Shown one piece after another: positions 10,603 to 20,086 of a stretch of DNA of 64,000 bases. Each line of letters starts with the position of its first letter. Position 1 is the stretch's first letter. The position numbers were made by a program, and so were the translations under genes. Source of the stretch: Candidatus Sulfomarinibacteraceae bacterium. GTDB lineage: Bacteria; Acidobacteriota; Thermoanaerobaculia; Thermoanaerobaculales; Sulfomarinibacteraceae. The stretch lies in assembly GCA_963796455.1 (NCBI GenBank), contig CAWCLO010000008.1:89361-153360 (forward strand), given 5' to 3'. The notes below the pieces were generated by a model. It saw only the letters and a program-made list of their open reading frames with translations, did no database searches and had not been told where the DNA came from.

Positions 10603-10962
10603 CTAACGTCGCCAGCGGATGCTTGGAATTTTCCCTTTGTCGGTCTCCAGCATCCACACCATATTGTCGTCATCGGAAAACTCGAGTTCGTAGTTCATGA
10701 CCCGGTCGCGCACCGTCACTTCGAGTCGGGTGTTTTTGCGCAGGACATAGGAGCCCCACTCCTGGCCATCGTAGGAAATGATTCCTTCGGCGAAGTGATA
10801 GGGCTGACTCTCCTTGAAGTTCATTTCAACCTGGTACCAGTCGCCCGAGATGCGAAGGTTGTTGTTGGAAAGGAGCGCGATGTGATCCCGATTGGTCCAC
10901 AGATACCATGCACCTGCAGCGAGAATGCCCAACATCGTGAGACGAATAAGAAACGATTTCAT
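10603..10962 (-). CDS. Hypothetical membrane-anchored protein
   Basis: ATG overlaps the MFS stop; N-terminal TM helix. Confidence 0.7.
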   Translation of the reverse strand: MKSFLIRLTMLGILAAGAWYLWTNRDHIALLSNNNLRISGDWYQVEMNFKESQPYHFAEGIISYDGQEWGSYVLRKNTRLEVTVRDRVMNYELEFSDDDNMVWMLETDKGKIPSIRWRR

Positions 10963-12488
10963 GATGCCTCCCCGGCCTTGTTCGGCGGCGCCACGATTCG
11001 GTTGTAGATGATGAGTCCGATGGCGGTCGTTACGGCCAGCACCGCAAAAAATACCCACATCGTGCCGGGCTTGTCGATACCGTGCGGGCCGAAATATTGA
11101 TAGGTGATGCCCGACAGGAGGCCGCCAAATAGATTGCCGAGGGCAACACACCAGTAGAAGTAGCCCATGTACATGCCGACCTTTTCAGGCGGTGCGATGC
11201 GGCCTGCGTACTCCTTGGACCTCGGACTCGCCAGCATCTCTCCAACTGAAAACACGAGCACCGCCGCGACCACGACCCAGCCGGAGGCGCCGGCAAGATA
11301 GATCAGGAAGCTCATGACGGTGACCGAGACACCGAGAATGATGCTGGTCAACGGGGAGGTCTTGCGGACCAGGTACGAGATCACGACCTGGAAGCAGATG
11401 ATGCCGAAGGCGTTGAGATTGATGATGTACTCGGGTTTGATCTGGCCGTTTTCGAGCAGGGCCCGGCTCCACGACGAAATGTCCGTGCCGACAAGGCCCG
11501 CCACGGCGGTCAGAGATGCCAGGAGATCTGTGGTGTCCACATAATCCCGGATGTACTCCGGCAGGGTCATGAAGATCTGGTTGAAAGAGGTCCAGAACCC
11601 GGCCATCAACAGGAGGAATACGAGATAGCGGCCTTCGCCGACACACATCGGCTGCAGCGGCCACGGTGCCGACTGGTCTTTGTGAGTGGCGCGGAGAACG
11701 AAATCGAGCAAAAAGTTGAGACCGAGCCAGACGCCGGCAACGATGGCGACCTTGCCGAAGCTCCACCACTTTGAACCCATCACCAACATCACCAACAGAC
11801 CAGCGACGACGATGAAGAAGCGGGGGTTGCCGACCACCTCGATCATCCCGCCGAACACATCGGCAAGACTGCGGCGGCTCTCGGCTTCGGCGTCGCGTGG
11901 TGGTTCGCGATAGAGCAGGAGGCAGGTGATGCCCATGACCACGATCCAACCGGCAGAGGCCCAGAAAACATATTTCCAGTCCCATCCGCGGACCACACCA
12001 GCCACGATCGGCCCGAGAAAGCCGCCGATATTGACCATCATGTAAAAGATCCCGAATCCCATTGATCCGGTTTCTTCATTGGTGGTCTTGGCGACGGTGG
12101 AGATCACCACCGGTTTGAACATTCCGTGGCCGACGGCAACCAGGAAATAGACCCCGAGAAATCCCCAGAAGGTCCTCGGGGCGGCCAGCAGGATATATGC
12201 CGGCGCCATGACAACCGTTGATGCGAGGAACATCCTGCGATAGCCGTAACGATCGGCCAGAGCACCAAAGACCGCCGGGAAGAGATACAGGAAGAAAGTG
12301 GCAAGACCCTGGATCACGCCGCGATCGGCGGAGCTGAAGCCGAGACCGCCATCGGTCACCGCGTTGGTCAGATAGAGCGTCGAAACCGCATAGAAGCCAT
12401 ACCACCCCATGCGTTCGAAGATCTCCATTGCATTGGCGACCCAAAACGATCGCGGAAACTGACGGATCAAGGACCCCTGTGTCGTCAT
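10959..12488 (-). CDS. MFS transporter, POT/PTR peptide-transporter-like
   Basis: EIFERMGWYG (ExxER), GALADRYGYRR, GFGIFYMMVNIG. Confidence 0.9.
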   Translation of the reverse strand: MTTQGSLIRQFPRSFWVANAMEIFERMGWYGFYAVSTLYLTNAVTDGGLGFSSADRGVIQGLATFFLYLFPAVFGALADRYGYRRMFLASTVVMAPAYILLAAPRTFWGFLGVYFLVAVGHGMFKPVVISTVAKTTNEETGSMGFGIFYMMVNIGGFLGPIVAGVVRGWDWKYVFWASAGWIVVMGITCLLLYREPPRDAEAESRRSLADVFGGMIEVVGNPRFFIVVAGLLVMLVMGSKWWSFGKVAIVAGVWLGLNFLLDFVLRATHKDQSAPWPLQPMCVGEGRYLVFLLLMAGFWTSFNQIFMTLPEYIRDYVDTTDLLASLTAVAGLVGTDISSWSRALLENGQIKPEYIINLNAFGIICFQVVISYLVRKTSPLTSIILGVSVTVMSFLIYLAGASGWVVVAAVLVFSVGEMLASPRSKEYAGRIAPPEKVGMYMGYFYWCVALGNLFGGLLSGITYQYFGPHGIDKPGTMWVFFAVLAVTTAIGLIIYNRIVAPPNKAGEAS

Positions 12489-12678
12489 TGCGCTCCTCTT
12501 CAGCTGAATCAGAACCCGATTTGTCGGGTGGTAGGTAGATCATACGAGATCTGGTGGCGCTGGGTGGGTTTTTTCGTTCCGTTCTTCGCCCCCCGAGACC
12601 AAGAAAAACGTGCGAGCAACCCGAGAGGGGAGGTGACCGTAGAATAGACGTGGTGGCGAAAGCGGTTCTCATGATCTG

Positions 12679-14007
12679 ATGGTTTCCTTTGTCTCGCTCT
12701 TTCTGTGGTTGATGACTGATATCCACCCGGTCAAGGTGGCGGTGGGCGACAATGTCGCGACAGTTGAGATCTTTCTCGATAGCGAGCCGATAGGCGTCGC
12801 CACGGGTCCCGATTGGGAGATTCCGTGTGATTTCGGCCAAAAAATCCGTCCGCATGAACTCACGGCCGTGGCGAAAGACGACATGGGAGCAGAGATCGGC
12901 CGTGCCCGGCAGCTGGTCAATCTCCCGCGCGCCGATGCCGAAGTGGAGATCGTCCTCGAGGCGGCGGAATCCGAAACACCGGGGAAAGTCCGGATCATCT
13001 CGGTCGATCGTTCGAAATCGTCGCCGCTGGCGATCTTCGTGACTTTCGACGGGCTTTCCCTGTCCCGTCACCCGGATGGCGGTTTCGTTCTTCCGGACTA
13101 CGATCCGAGATTGGTCCACATCGTCAGCGCCGAGGCCCATTACCCGGAAAACCTCGTCGCGCGTGCTGATGTGACCTTTGGCGGTACCTATGGCGGCAGG
13201 GTTACGACCGAGTTGACGGCTGTTCCGCTTGTGGCCGAGGGCCGGCGCCAGCTCCAGGTGGGCGACCTTCAGGGTCTGATGACCGTTCGCGGCAAGCCTC
13301 TCCTGGTTGCGGCCGTTGAGCGAACTCCCGCACAGGTATTTGTCGTCCGGGATCATTCGGCGTGGCCGGCGCTGACTCAAACCGGGGTTGCTGTCGACAG
13401 GCGGCACAACCGGATGCGGTCGGCGGGATTCCGTATGGCACCGCTACTGAACATCGACAACCTGAGCGACGTCGGCAGCGATGTAGATCGCTTTTTTCTT
13501 GTCGTTGCGAATGCTTCGGAATCCCGTGGCATCGCGCTCTATCCGATCGTCAAACCCTTTGATATAGACCACTTCGGTTTGCCTTGGCTCGTCACTCATG
13601 TCTCCAGCCCCACCGCATCGATCGTCGGCCAGCGGGTGGCCGAGGCGGTGGCGGTGGCGGGAGTGCGCGCCGCGGCCGGCGCCAGCCCTCGCGCTGTTGT
13701 GGTGATTCTCTCTGAAGGTTCCAAGGATGTCAGTTACTACCGGCCGACAGCAGTGCGCGAGTACCTCCGGGCTCTCCGAGTGCCGCTCCACGTGTGGTCG
13801 ACCGAGGGTGGGAAGCCCGACACCGAGTGGGGAAGGGCGGAAGATGTCGATGATGAAAGGACGCTTCAGGCGGCCTCAAAAAGGCTGTTGAAGAACCTCC
13901 GCCGGCAGTGGATCGTTTGGGTCGAGGGGCGGTACCTGCCGAGCGATATCGAACTCGCGGACAGTGCCGAAGGATTCAAACTGGCTGGAGAGGATCTGGA
14001 GAATTAG
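12679..14007 (+). CDS. Hypothetical secreted protein (Ig-like N-terminus, VWA-like C-terminus)
   Basis: Long ORF; HELTAVAKD Ig-like strand; RAVVVILSEG VWA-like segment. Confidence 0.6.
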   Translation: MVSFVSLFLWLMTDIHPVKVAVGDNVATVEIFLDSEPIGVATGPDWEIPCDFGQKIRPHELTAVAKDDMGAEIGRARQLVNLPRADAEVEIVLEAAESETPGKVRIISVDRSKSSPLAIFVTFDGLSLSRHPDGGFVLPDYDPRLVHIVSAEAHYPENLVARADVTFGGTYGGRVTTELTAVPLVAEGRRQLQVGDLQGLMTVRGKPLLVAAVERTPAQVFVVRDHSAWPALTQTGVAVDRRHNRMRSAGFRMAPLLNIDNLSDVGSDVDRFFLVVANASESRGIALYPIVKPFDIDHFGLPWLVTHVSSPTASIVGQRVAEAVAVAGVRAAAGASPRAVVVILSEGSKDVSYYRPTAVREYLRALRVPLHVWSTEGGKPDTEWGRAEDVDDERTLQAASKRLLKNLRRQWIVWVEGRYLPSDIELADSAEGFKLAGEDLEN

Positions 14008-14039
14008 GAATTAGGAATTAGGAATTAGGAATTAGGAAT
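14001..14039 (+). repeat. (GAATTAG)5 heptamer array overlapping a stop codon
   Basis: Seen directly. Confidence 0.95.
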
Positions 14040-14131
14040 GGCGACCCTGATCTTGATTCCAAAATATCCTCTCATCCGCGTGATCAGCGGTTTCTCCGAC
14101 TCGGGTGCTTTTGCAGGTCTGAATTTCGATT

Positions 14132-14797
14132 TCAGACCTGCGCTGACCGGCCACTGCCGGCGGGGTGAAGCAGGACGGCTGTCAAGGTCTGGCGGAAGGC
14201 CCGGGCTGGGTCGATGCGGAGCCTCGAGAGGCCCTCGTTTTCGAACACGTGGGAAATCGTCGCAGCGGCGGCCGAGACCTGGGAGAAGCCGGTCAGGATG
14301 GGGTCGAGCAAGACCAGGAAATCAAATGCCTGGTCGGTTGTCAGACCGGCTGTTTTTCCTGCGATCAGTTTTGACGTGACGCTGATACGATCTTGCCGCC
14401 GGTTCTGGAAGGCCGTCGCAGTCTTGACGTCGATGTTGGTTTCAAGAATCGGGTGGAGCAGGGTATACAGGCGAAGGAAGTGCTCTTGCCCGATCAGCGA
14501 CCGGGTGATGATGCGGGCGGCCTCGGCGGCATCGATCTGATTGTCGGTGGCTCGAAATGCCCTGTCGATTTCGTGATGCCAGCTGGTCTGGAGACTTTCG
14601 AAGACTCCGAGGAAGAGCGACTCTTTGGAACTGAAGTAGACATAGAGGGTGCCCTTGGAGACCCCTGCCTGGGCGGCAACTCGAGCCATGGTGATTTCGT
14701 CATAGGACCATCGATCCATCAATACCGCTGCAGCATTCAGAATCAGACTGCGCCGGTTGGTTTTTTCGACTGGGGTTGTGGCTCGATACCTACCCAC
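14132..14797 (-). CDS. TetR-family regulator
   Basis: ITMARVAAQAGVSKGTLYVYFSSKESLF HTH. Confidence 0.9.
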   Translation of the reverse strand: MGRYRATTPVEKTNRRSLILNAAAVLMDRWSYDEITMARVAAQAGVSKGTLYVYFSSKESLFLGVFESLQTSWHHEIDRAFRATDNQIDAAEAARIITRSLIGQEHFLRLYTLLHPILETNIDVKTATAFQNRRQDRISVTSKLIAGKTAGLTTDQAFDFLVLLDPILTGFSQVSAAAATISHVFENEGLSRLRIDPARAFRQTLTAVLLHPAGSGRSAQV

Positions 14798-14837
14798 TAT
14801 AATTGACCATGATTCAATTATAACTGAACACTGGTCA
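14798..14837. promoter_or_regulatory. Putative TetR operator(s)
   Basis: IR TATAATTGA-N7-TCAATTATA at 14798-14822; TGACCAnnnTTCA occurs twice in opposite orientation. Confidence 0.6.
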
Positions 14838-14882
14838 TTTAAAAATCAGAGAGTTTGCATGATGGAGATCGGGACATGCCGC

Positions 14883-14930
14883 TTGACAGGGGAGGTGGGA
14901 GAGGCCGAAGATGAATGAGCATTCATTCAT
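14883..14930 (+). promoter_or_regulatory. sigma70 -35 (TTGACA) plus FadR-type operator ATGAATGAGCATTCATTCAT
   Basis: Palindrome at 14911-14930 resembles the Bacillus FadR/YsiA box TGAATGA-N4-TCATTCA. Confidence 0.75.
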
Positions 14931-14941
14931 CCGGAGGTGTC

Positions 14942-15577
14942 ATGCCGGAAAGCGAGAAGTCCCGTGAGTTGTCGTCTCGTGAAATCAAACGCCAGCGGAT
15001 TCTCCGTGCCGCAATCGAGGTCTTTGCCAACAAGGGCTACTTTGCCGCACGGATGACCGATGTGGCGGAGTCGGCCCGAGTGGCGGATGGGACCCTCTAT
15101 TTATATTTCGAGGGCAAGGAGCACCTCCTGATGTCGATTTTCGACGACGTTCTGGGGCGCTTCATCGATCGCCTCGATGAGGAGATCGCCCTGGTCGAGG
15201 ACCCGGCCGAACGGCTCAGTCTGATGATTCGGCTTCACCTCGAAACCCTGGGTCGGGACCACGCTCTGGCCCATGTCCTGCAGATCGAAACACGCCATAC
15301 GCGGCGATTCATGAGCCTCTTTACCCGTGGTAAACTCGGCGAGTATTTGAACCGGGTTCGCGACATTATCGTAGAGGGCCAGAAGGTGGGCGCCTTCCGT
15401 GACGACATCGGTCCGGGTCTGGCCACGAACATGGTCTTCGGTGCGGTTGACGAATTGGTGACGAGCTGGCTCCTGGCCGAAAACCCGGGTGACCTGCTCC
15501 GTCACCACCGCCCGTTGGTGAGGATGCTCACCGATGGCATCGCGCCATGTCGCAGCCACGGGGGAGGGTCAACGTGA
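14942..15577 (+). CDS. fadR: TetR-family fatty-acid degradation repressor (FadR/YsiA-like)
   Basis: VADGTLYLYFEGKEHLL HTH; operon with acyl-CoA ligase; operator upstream. Confidence 0.75.
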   Translation: MPESEKSRELSSREIKRQRILRAAIEVFANKGYFAARMTDVAESARVADGTLYLYFEGKEHLLMSIFDDVLGRFIDRLDEEIALVEDPAERLSLMIRLHLETLGRDHALAHVLQIETRHTRRFMSLFTRGKLGEYLNRVRDIIVEGQKVGAFRDDIGPGLATNMVFGAVDELVTSWLLAENPGDLLRHHRPLVRMLTDGIAPCRSHGGGST

Positions 15578-17343
15578 GCGACAATACTGTCCTCGATCTG
15601 TACCGCCACGAACTCGAATCCCAACGTGACCAACACTACTTCCACTACAACCTGGATGGTCACACCACCCTGAGCACCGCTGAGTTCTTCAAACGAACAG
15701 CCGGGCTTGCCGGGGGGCTCGAAAAACTCGGTGTTCGCCGCGGCGACCGGGTGATGCTCCTAACCGACAACCGTCCGGAGTGGCACATGGTCGATCTCGC
15801 GACCATCGACGTGGGTGCGGCGGATGTCCCGATTTACGGCACCCTGACGGCCGATCAGATCGGCTACCAGGTCAAAGACTCCGGTGCGAAAGTGGCTGTC
15901 GTCGAAAACCCCGAGCAGATGGCGAAGTTCCTCGAGGTTTTTGGTGACTGCGCTGATCTCGAGCACTTGATTCAGATCGAAGGGGCGTGTGGTGATGGAG
16001 TGCTCTCGCTTGACGAGGTCATCGAGTCCGGGAGCTCTGGCGACGCTGAGGACCTCTTCTGGCAGCGTGCAGACAAGGTGGCCGCTGAGGATCTTCTGAC
16101 CCTGATCTACACTTCGGGTACGACAGGGAATCCCAAAGGCGTCACGCTCACCCACGAGAACCTGGTCCAGAACGTGATCCCTTCGGCGGAACGCGCTCCG
16201 GTCGGGCGCGACGATTTCTGTCTCGAGTTCCTGCCTCTGTGCCACGTGTTCGAGCGGATGCTTGGGTATCTCTATATGTACCGTGGTGTGACCAAGGCCT
16301 ACTGTTCGGTCTACCACGTCGGAGATCTGTTGGCATCGATCCGCCCGACCGTCTTTGCCAGCGTGCCGCGGATTTATGAAAAGGTCTACGACAAGGTCAT
16401 GGACAAGGTGAACTCAGCCCCGGCAGTTCGTCGGGCGCTCTTCAACTGGGCCCTCGGAACCGGTCGCAAATTCTACCCGGAACAACTCGCTGGAGCGGCA
16501 TCGGGAGGGCTGGCTCACACGCTGGCGGACAAGATCGTCTTGTCGAAGGTGCGTGAGGCGCTCGGCGGCCGGCTCCGGTTTTGCGTTTCCGGCGGCGCGC
16601 CGCTGCCGCTCTTCATCAATGAGTTTTTCCACTCCATCGGCGTTCGGATCCTCGAGGGTTATGGGCTCACCGAAACTTCACCGGTGATCGCCGTCAACGG
16701 TTTTGGCGGTGGTCTGACCCGGCTCGGGACCGTTGGTCAGCCGATATCGAATGTCGAAGCCAAGATCGCCGATGACGGCGAATTGTGCGTCAAAGGCCCT
16801 TCGGTTATGAAGGGGTATTGGAACCTGCCGGAGAAGACCTCCGAGGTCTTCGATGGCGACGGGTATTTTCTCACCGGTGATATTGCCGAAATCGACAGCG
16901 ATGGTTTTATCCGAATTACCGACCGCAAAAAAGACATCATCGTCAACGCGGGTGGCAAGAACATCGCACCGCAACCGATCGAGGCCGAACTCAAAAAATC
17001 GCCGTTGGTCGACAACGCCGTGATCATCGGCGATCGTCGTCCCTTCCTGGTCGTCCTGTTGTCCCCCAATTCTGAGGAGCTCGAGAAGTGGGCCGGAAAT
17101 CAGGGCATTTCGTTCGCATCGGTGGAGGATCTCACCCGCCACCCGCAAGTGGTCGAGGCGTATCAAAAGGTGATCGAGACGACAAATTCCGGACTGGCAC
17201 GTTACGAACAGATCAAAAAGCACGCTGTTCTGCCGCTCATGTTGTCGATTGATGATGGGACTCTGACTCCGACCCTCAAGGTCAAACGACGGGTGGTCGA
17301 AGGTCAGTACGAGGATCTTATCGAGGGCATGTACGAGGGGTAG
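15574..17343 (+). CDS. fadD: Long-chain fatty-acid-CoA ligase
   Basis: YTSGTTGNPKG, EGYGLTETSP, TGD, TPTLKVKR. Confidence 0.92.
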   Translation: MSDNTVLDLYRHELESQRDQHYFHYNLDGHTTLSTAEFFKRTAGLAGGLEKLGVRRGDRVMLLTDNRPEWHMVDLATIDVGAADVPIYGTLTADQIGYQVKDSGAKVAVVENPEQMAKFLEVFGDCADLEHLIQIEGACGDGVLSLDEVIESGSSGDAEDLFWQRADKVAAEDLLTLIYTSGTTGNPKGVTLTHENLVQNVIPSAERAPVGRDDFCLEFLPLCHVFERMLGYLYMYRGVTKAYCSVYHVGDLLASIRPTVFASVPRIYEKVYDKVMDKVNSAPAVRRALFNWALGTGRKFYPEQLAGAASGGLAHTLADKIVLSKVREALGGRLRFCVSGGAPLPLFINEFFHSIGVRILEGYGLTETSPVIAVNGFGGGLTRLGTVGQPISNVEAKIADDGELCVKGPSVMKGYWNLPEKTSEVFDGDGYFLTGDIAEIDSDGFIRITDRKKDIIVNAGGKNIAPQPIEAELKKSPLVDNAVIIGDRRPFLVVLLSPNSEELEKWAGNQGISFASVEDLTRHPQVVEAYQKVIETTNSGLARYEQIKKHAVLPLMLSIDDGTLTPTLKVKRRVVEGQYEDLIEGMYEG

Positions 17344-17371
17344 GGTCGACGCCCCACTGTCTTTGGGTTGC

Positions 17372-17465
17372 ATATCGCGATCGCTATCGGTATCGCAATC
17401 GCTATCGACCGGCCAGGCCCATCGCACATCATTCGATAGCGATCCCGATAGCGATAGCGAGAGCG
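17372..17465. repeat. Inverted hexamer arrays (ATCGCT / AGCGAT) between convergent genes
   Basis: atcgctatcggtatcgcaatcgct ... gatagcgatcccgatagcgatagcg. Confidence 0.8.
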
Positions 17466-17508
17466 GATCCCTGCCGGATTGAGAGCAGACTCTTGGCGGG
17501 AACCGCCT

Positions 17509-19014
17509 CTACTCTTTAAGCCGCTCGACGACGAGCAGCGTCGCGTCGTCCTGCATCGGCGCGCCGTTGGTGAATTCCTCGACGGCGGCCAGGATGCTCT
17601 CGCAGACGCTGTCTGCGGTGGGGTTGGAGAGCTTGGAAATCAAATCGGCAACCCGCTCGACGCCGAACTCTTCCTCATCGGCGTCCTCAGCTTCGGTGAT
17701 TCCATCGGTGAAGAGAACCATCAAATCACCCGGCTCGAGTTTTGCGCTATCGTCGCGGTAGGTCGCGATCGCCATGATGCCGAGGGGCAGGCCGCTGCTC
17801 ACGATCTCCTCGATGCTGCCATCGTTGCGCCTTAGGAGGACCGGCAAATGGCCTGCATTGACTGCGTGGAGCTCGCCATCGGGTCGAATGCTCGCCATCG
17901 CAAAGGTCGCAAAGCGATTGTCTGCTGTTGCGCCGGAAAGATATCGGTTGATGGTGGCGGCCAGTTCGGAAAGATCGCCTGTTCCGTCGGCCATCAATCG
18001 CACGCCGGCGTGCACGCCCGAGGCGATCATGCCGGCACCGACACCTTTGCCAGAAACGTCGGAGACGGTTGCAATCAAGACGCCGTTCCGGAGCAGGACG
18101 TCATAGGTGTCGCCTGCAACCTGAAGGCTGGACGAGGACCGCGCCGCAAGTCGAAAACCTGGAAACTCGGGATAGTCCTGCGGGTGGAGGTGGGACTGGA
18201 TGACCGCCGCCACTTCCATCTCACGTCGAAGGCGTTCTCGCTCGAGGGATTCCTGGGTGAGACGCACGTATTCAAGGGCAACCGTGACCTGAACCGCAAA
18301 AAGCTCGAGGAGCCGAACATCGTTGGGTGCAAAGGGCTCGGTTCCGGAACGGGCCTCTTTTTCGGCCGCGGCGATCACGCCGAGAGGACCCGAGTCGGAC
18401 TGTAAGGGCACCGCAACAAGTTCGTCGGTGTAGATCCCCTGAGTCCATGCCAGAGGCAGATCTTTCATTTCGAGCCGTGATGGGCCAAAGCCACCGACAC
18501 TCGACGCGGATTCCGGTGCGTCTCCGAGATAGATGTGGGCGCTTCGGACACCGAGCAGCCCGACCAGGTGGCTGATCAGCTCCTCGGCCAACTTCGAAGT
18601 GTCGAGAATGCCACCGATTCCGGTGGCGATCGATCGGATCGCCTCCAGCTCCCAGAGGTGAAAGCGTTCGTCGAACTTGGTGCGCTTGAGCTCTTCGCGG
18701 AGTTGCCAGGCGCTCAGACCGAGGCGGGTCGCATTGAGCGCCGACTCATCCAAACGATCGAGGTGGAGCAATCGGATACACCAGCCGCCGTCGATCCCGC
18801 TGAAGGGAAGCTCGCTCCAACCGTCGGTTGCCTCTTCGACCTGTTCGGAAACGGTTCGCGGCCACCGGGCGACCGCGCGGTCGCCGCGGCGCAGGATCCC
18901 CGCCCGTGAACCGGTTTCTTCAACGACCGCTCGGAGAACTTCCTCGGGGAGGTCCGGCCCGGCGTGGCCGCTGAGGGCGAGATCCGCCAGGCGGAGGAGG
19001 TCAGACAGCGGCAT
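17509..19014 (-). CDS. GAF + PP2C/SpoIIE phosphatase (RsbU-like)
   Basis: VAGDTYD, DVSGKG, NAGHLP, FTDGITEA, DDATL. Confidence 0.92.
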   Translation of the reverse strand: MPLSDLLRLADLALSGHAGPDLPEEVLRAVVEETGSRAGILRRGDRAVARWPRTVSEQVEEATDGWSELPFSGIDGGWCIRLLHLDRLDESALNATRLGLSAWQLREELKRTKFDERFHLWELEAIRSIATGIGGILDTSKLAEELISHLVGLLGVRSAHIYLGDAPESASSVGGFGPSRLEMKDLPLAWTQGIYTDELVAVPLQSDSGPLGVIAAAEKEARSGTEPFAPNDVRLLELFAVQVTVALEYVRLTQESLERERLRREMEVAAVIQSHLHPQDYPEFPGFRLAARSSSSLQVAGDTYDVLLRNGVLIATVSDVSGKGVGAGMIASGVHAGVRLMADGTGDLSELAATINRYLSGATADNRFATFAMASIRPDGELHAVNAGHLPVLLRRNDGSIEEIVSSGLPLGIMAIATYRDDSAKLEPGDLMVLFTDGITEAEDADEEEFGVERVADLISKLSNPTADSVCESILAAVEEFTNGAPMQDDATLLVVERLKE

Positions 19015-19369
19015 CCACGTCGATCGCGGCCTGCGCGGCAACGCGGTCCGGGTAGACCGCCGCATACTGCACCAAACCCATTATTTCGAAGGTCTTGGCG
19101 ATTGTCGGTGTCAGGTTGCAGAAGGCCAGCTTGCCCTTTTCATCCATCAACTTTTCGAGGATCTCGAGCAGGATCGAGACCCCGATCGAGTTGATGATCC
19201 GCGTCCCATCGAGGTCGATGAGCAGGGTCTTGGCCCCCTGGTCCATCAACTCGGTCGCCGCATCAGCGATGGCCTGTCCGCCCTCATTGTTGATGTATCC
19301 AGTCGCTGCGATCAGACCGACGTTGTCGTTCAAAAGGTCACGAGAAATCGTGATGCGATCTTCGTTCAT
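19001..19369 (-). CDS. STAS anti-sigma-factor antagonist (RsbV-like)
   Basis: LIDLDGTRIINSIGVSIL with phosphorylatable Ser; FEIMGL. Confidence 0.88.
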   Translation of the reverse strand: MNEDRITISRDLLNDNVGLIAATGYINNEGGQAIADAATELMDQGAKTLLIDLDGTRIINSIGVSILLEILEKLMDEKGKLAFCNLTPTIAKTFEIMGLVQYAAVYPDRVAAQAAIDVDAAV

Positions 19370-19782
19370 TATGCACTCTCCACATACTTCCGCATGGATA
19401 CCAGCGTCATGCCCGGGGTCGACTCGATGTGCACCTCGTCCATCAGCTCTCGTATCAGGGTCAGGCCCCAGCCGCGCTTGGAGGCGCTGCCGAGAACCCT
19501 CGTCGAGCTGTTTTTTGGTGCCGTTGCCGGATCGAAGCCATGACCGTGGTCTTCTACCTCGATGACCAAACACGGTTTTGCGTCGTGGTTCTCACTTCGC
19601 AGGCGGACCGTGACCGGACCCCCCCCGTGCTCCATGGCATTGAGACAAGCCTCGACCATGGCTACGCTTGCGGCTTCCACGTGGGTCTGCTGCATACCTA
19701 AGGCCCCGCCGACGGTTTCTACAGCCTTGGCCGCCACCAGCTCCACGTTTGACACCACCGGAAGGTGCAGCACCACCTCCAT
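19369..19782 (-). CDS. Anti-sigma-factor Ser kinase (RsbW-like HATPase)
   Basis: EACLNAMEHG, VEDHGHGFD, RGWGLTLIRELMD. Confidence 0.9.
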   Translation of the reverse strand: MEVVLHLPVVSNVELVAAKAVETVGGALGMQQTHVEAASVAMVEACLNAMEHGGGPVTVRLRSENHDAKPCLVIEVEDHGHGFDPATAPKNSSTRVLGSASKRGWGLTLIRELMDEVHIESTPGMTLVSMRKYVESA

Positions 19783-19789
19783 GATGAGC

Positions 19790-19942
19790 CTATAACTGTA
19801 ACAGAACCTGGGTCAGCGTCCACGCCAATTGGAGTTGTTCCAAGGGGAATTCAATGCTGAGGTTCAGTACTTGGGCCGCGGTTGCGGCCAGTGTTGAGAG
19901 TGCTGCGGTCGTGGAATACCGCTTCAGCGCCTGTGACCTCAT
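19790..19942 (-). CDS. Unannotated 50-aa small ORF
   Basis: GGAGG SD 7 nt before ATG; MRSQALKRYSTTAALSTLAATAAQVLNLSIEFPLEQLQLAWTLTQVLLQL; stop 7 nt before the rsbW-like ATG. Confidence 0.55.
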   Translation of the reverse strand: MRSQALKRYSTTAALSTLAATAAQVLNLSIEFPLEQLQLAWTLTQVLLQL

Positions 19943-19966
19943 CAAACAACCTCCGCCAGGGCAGAT

Positions 19967-19982
19967 CGCAAGATGTATGCCA
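19967..19982 (-). promoter_or_regulatory. sigma54 -24/-12 promoter TGGCATACATCTTGCG
   Basis: GG-N10-GC spacing matches TGGCAC-N5-TTGC. Confidence 0.75.
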
Positions 19983-20086
19983 GCAAAACATTCGGTAATT
20001 GAACCAAGGAAATGTTGTGTTTTGCAACACGGTGAGAGTCGAACGAATCAAAGTTGACTTAAAGTATTGTAAAGGTTTGTTTTATA

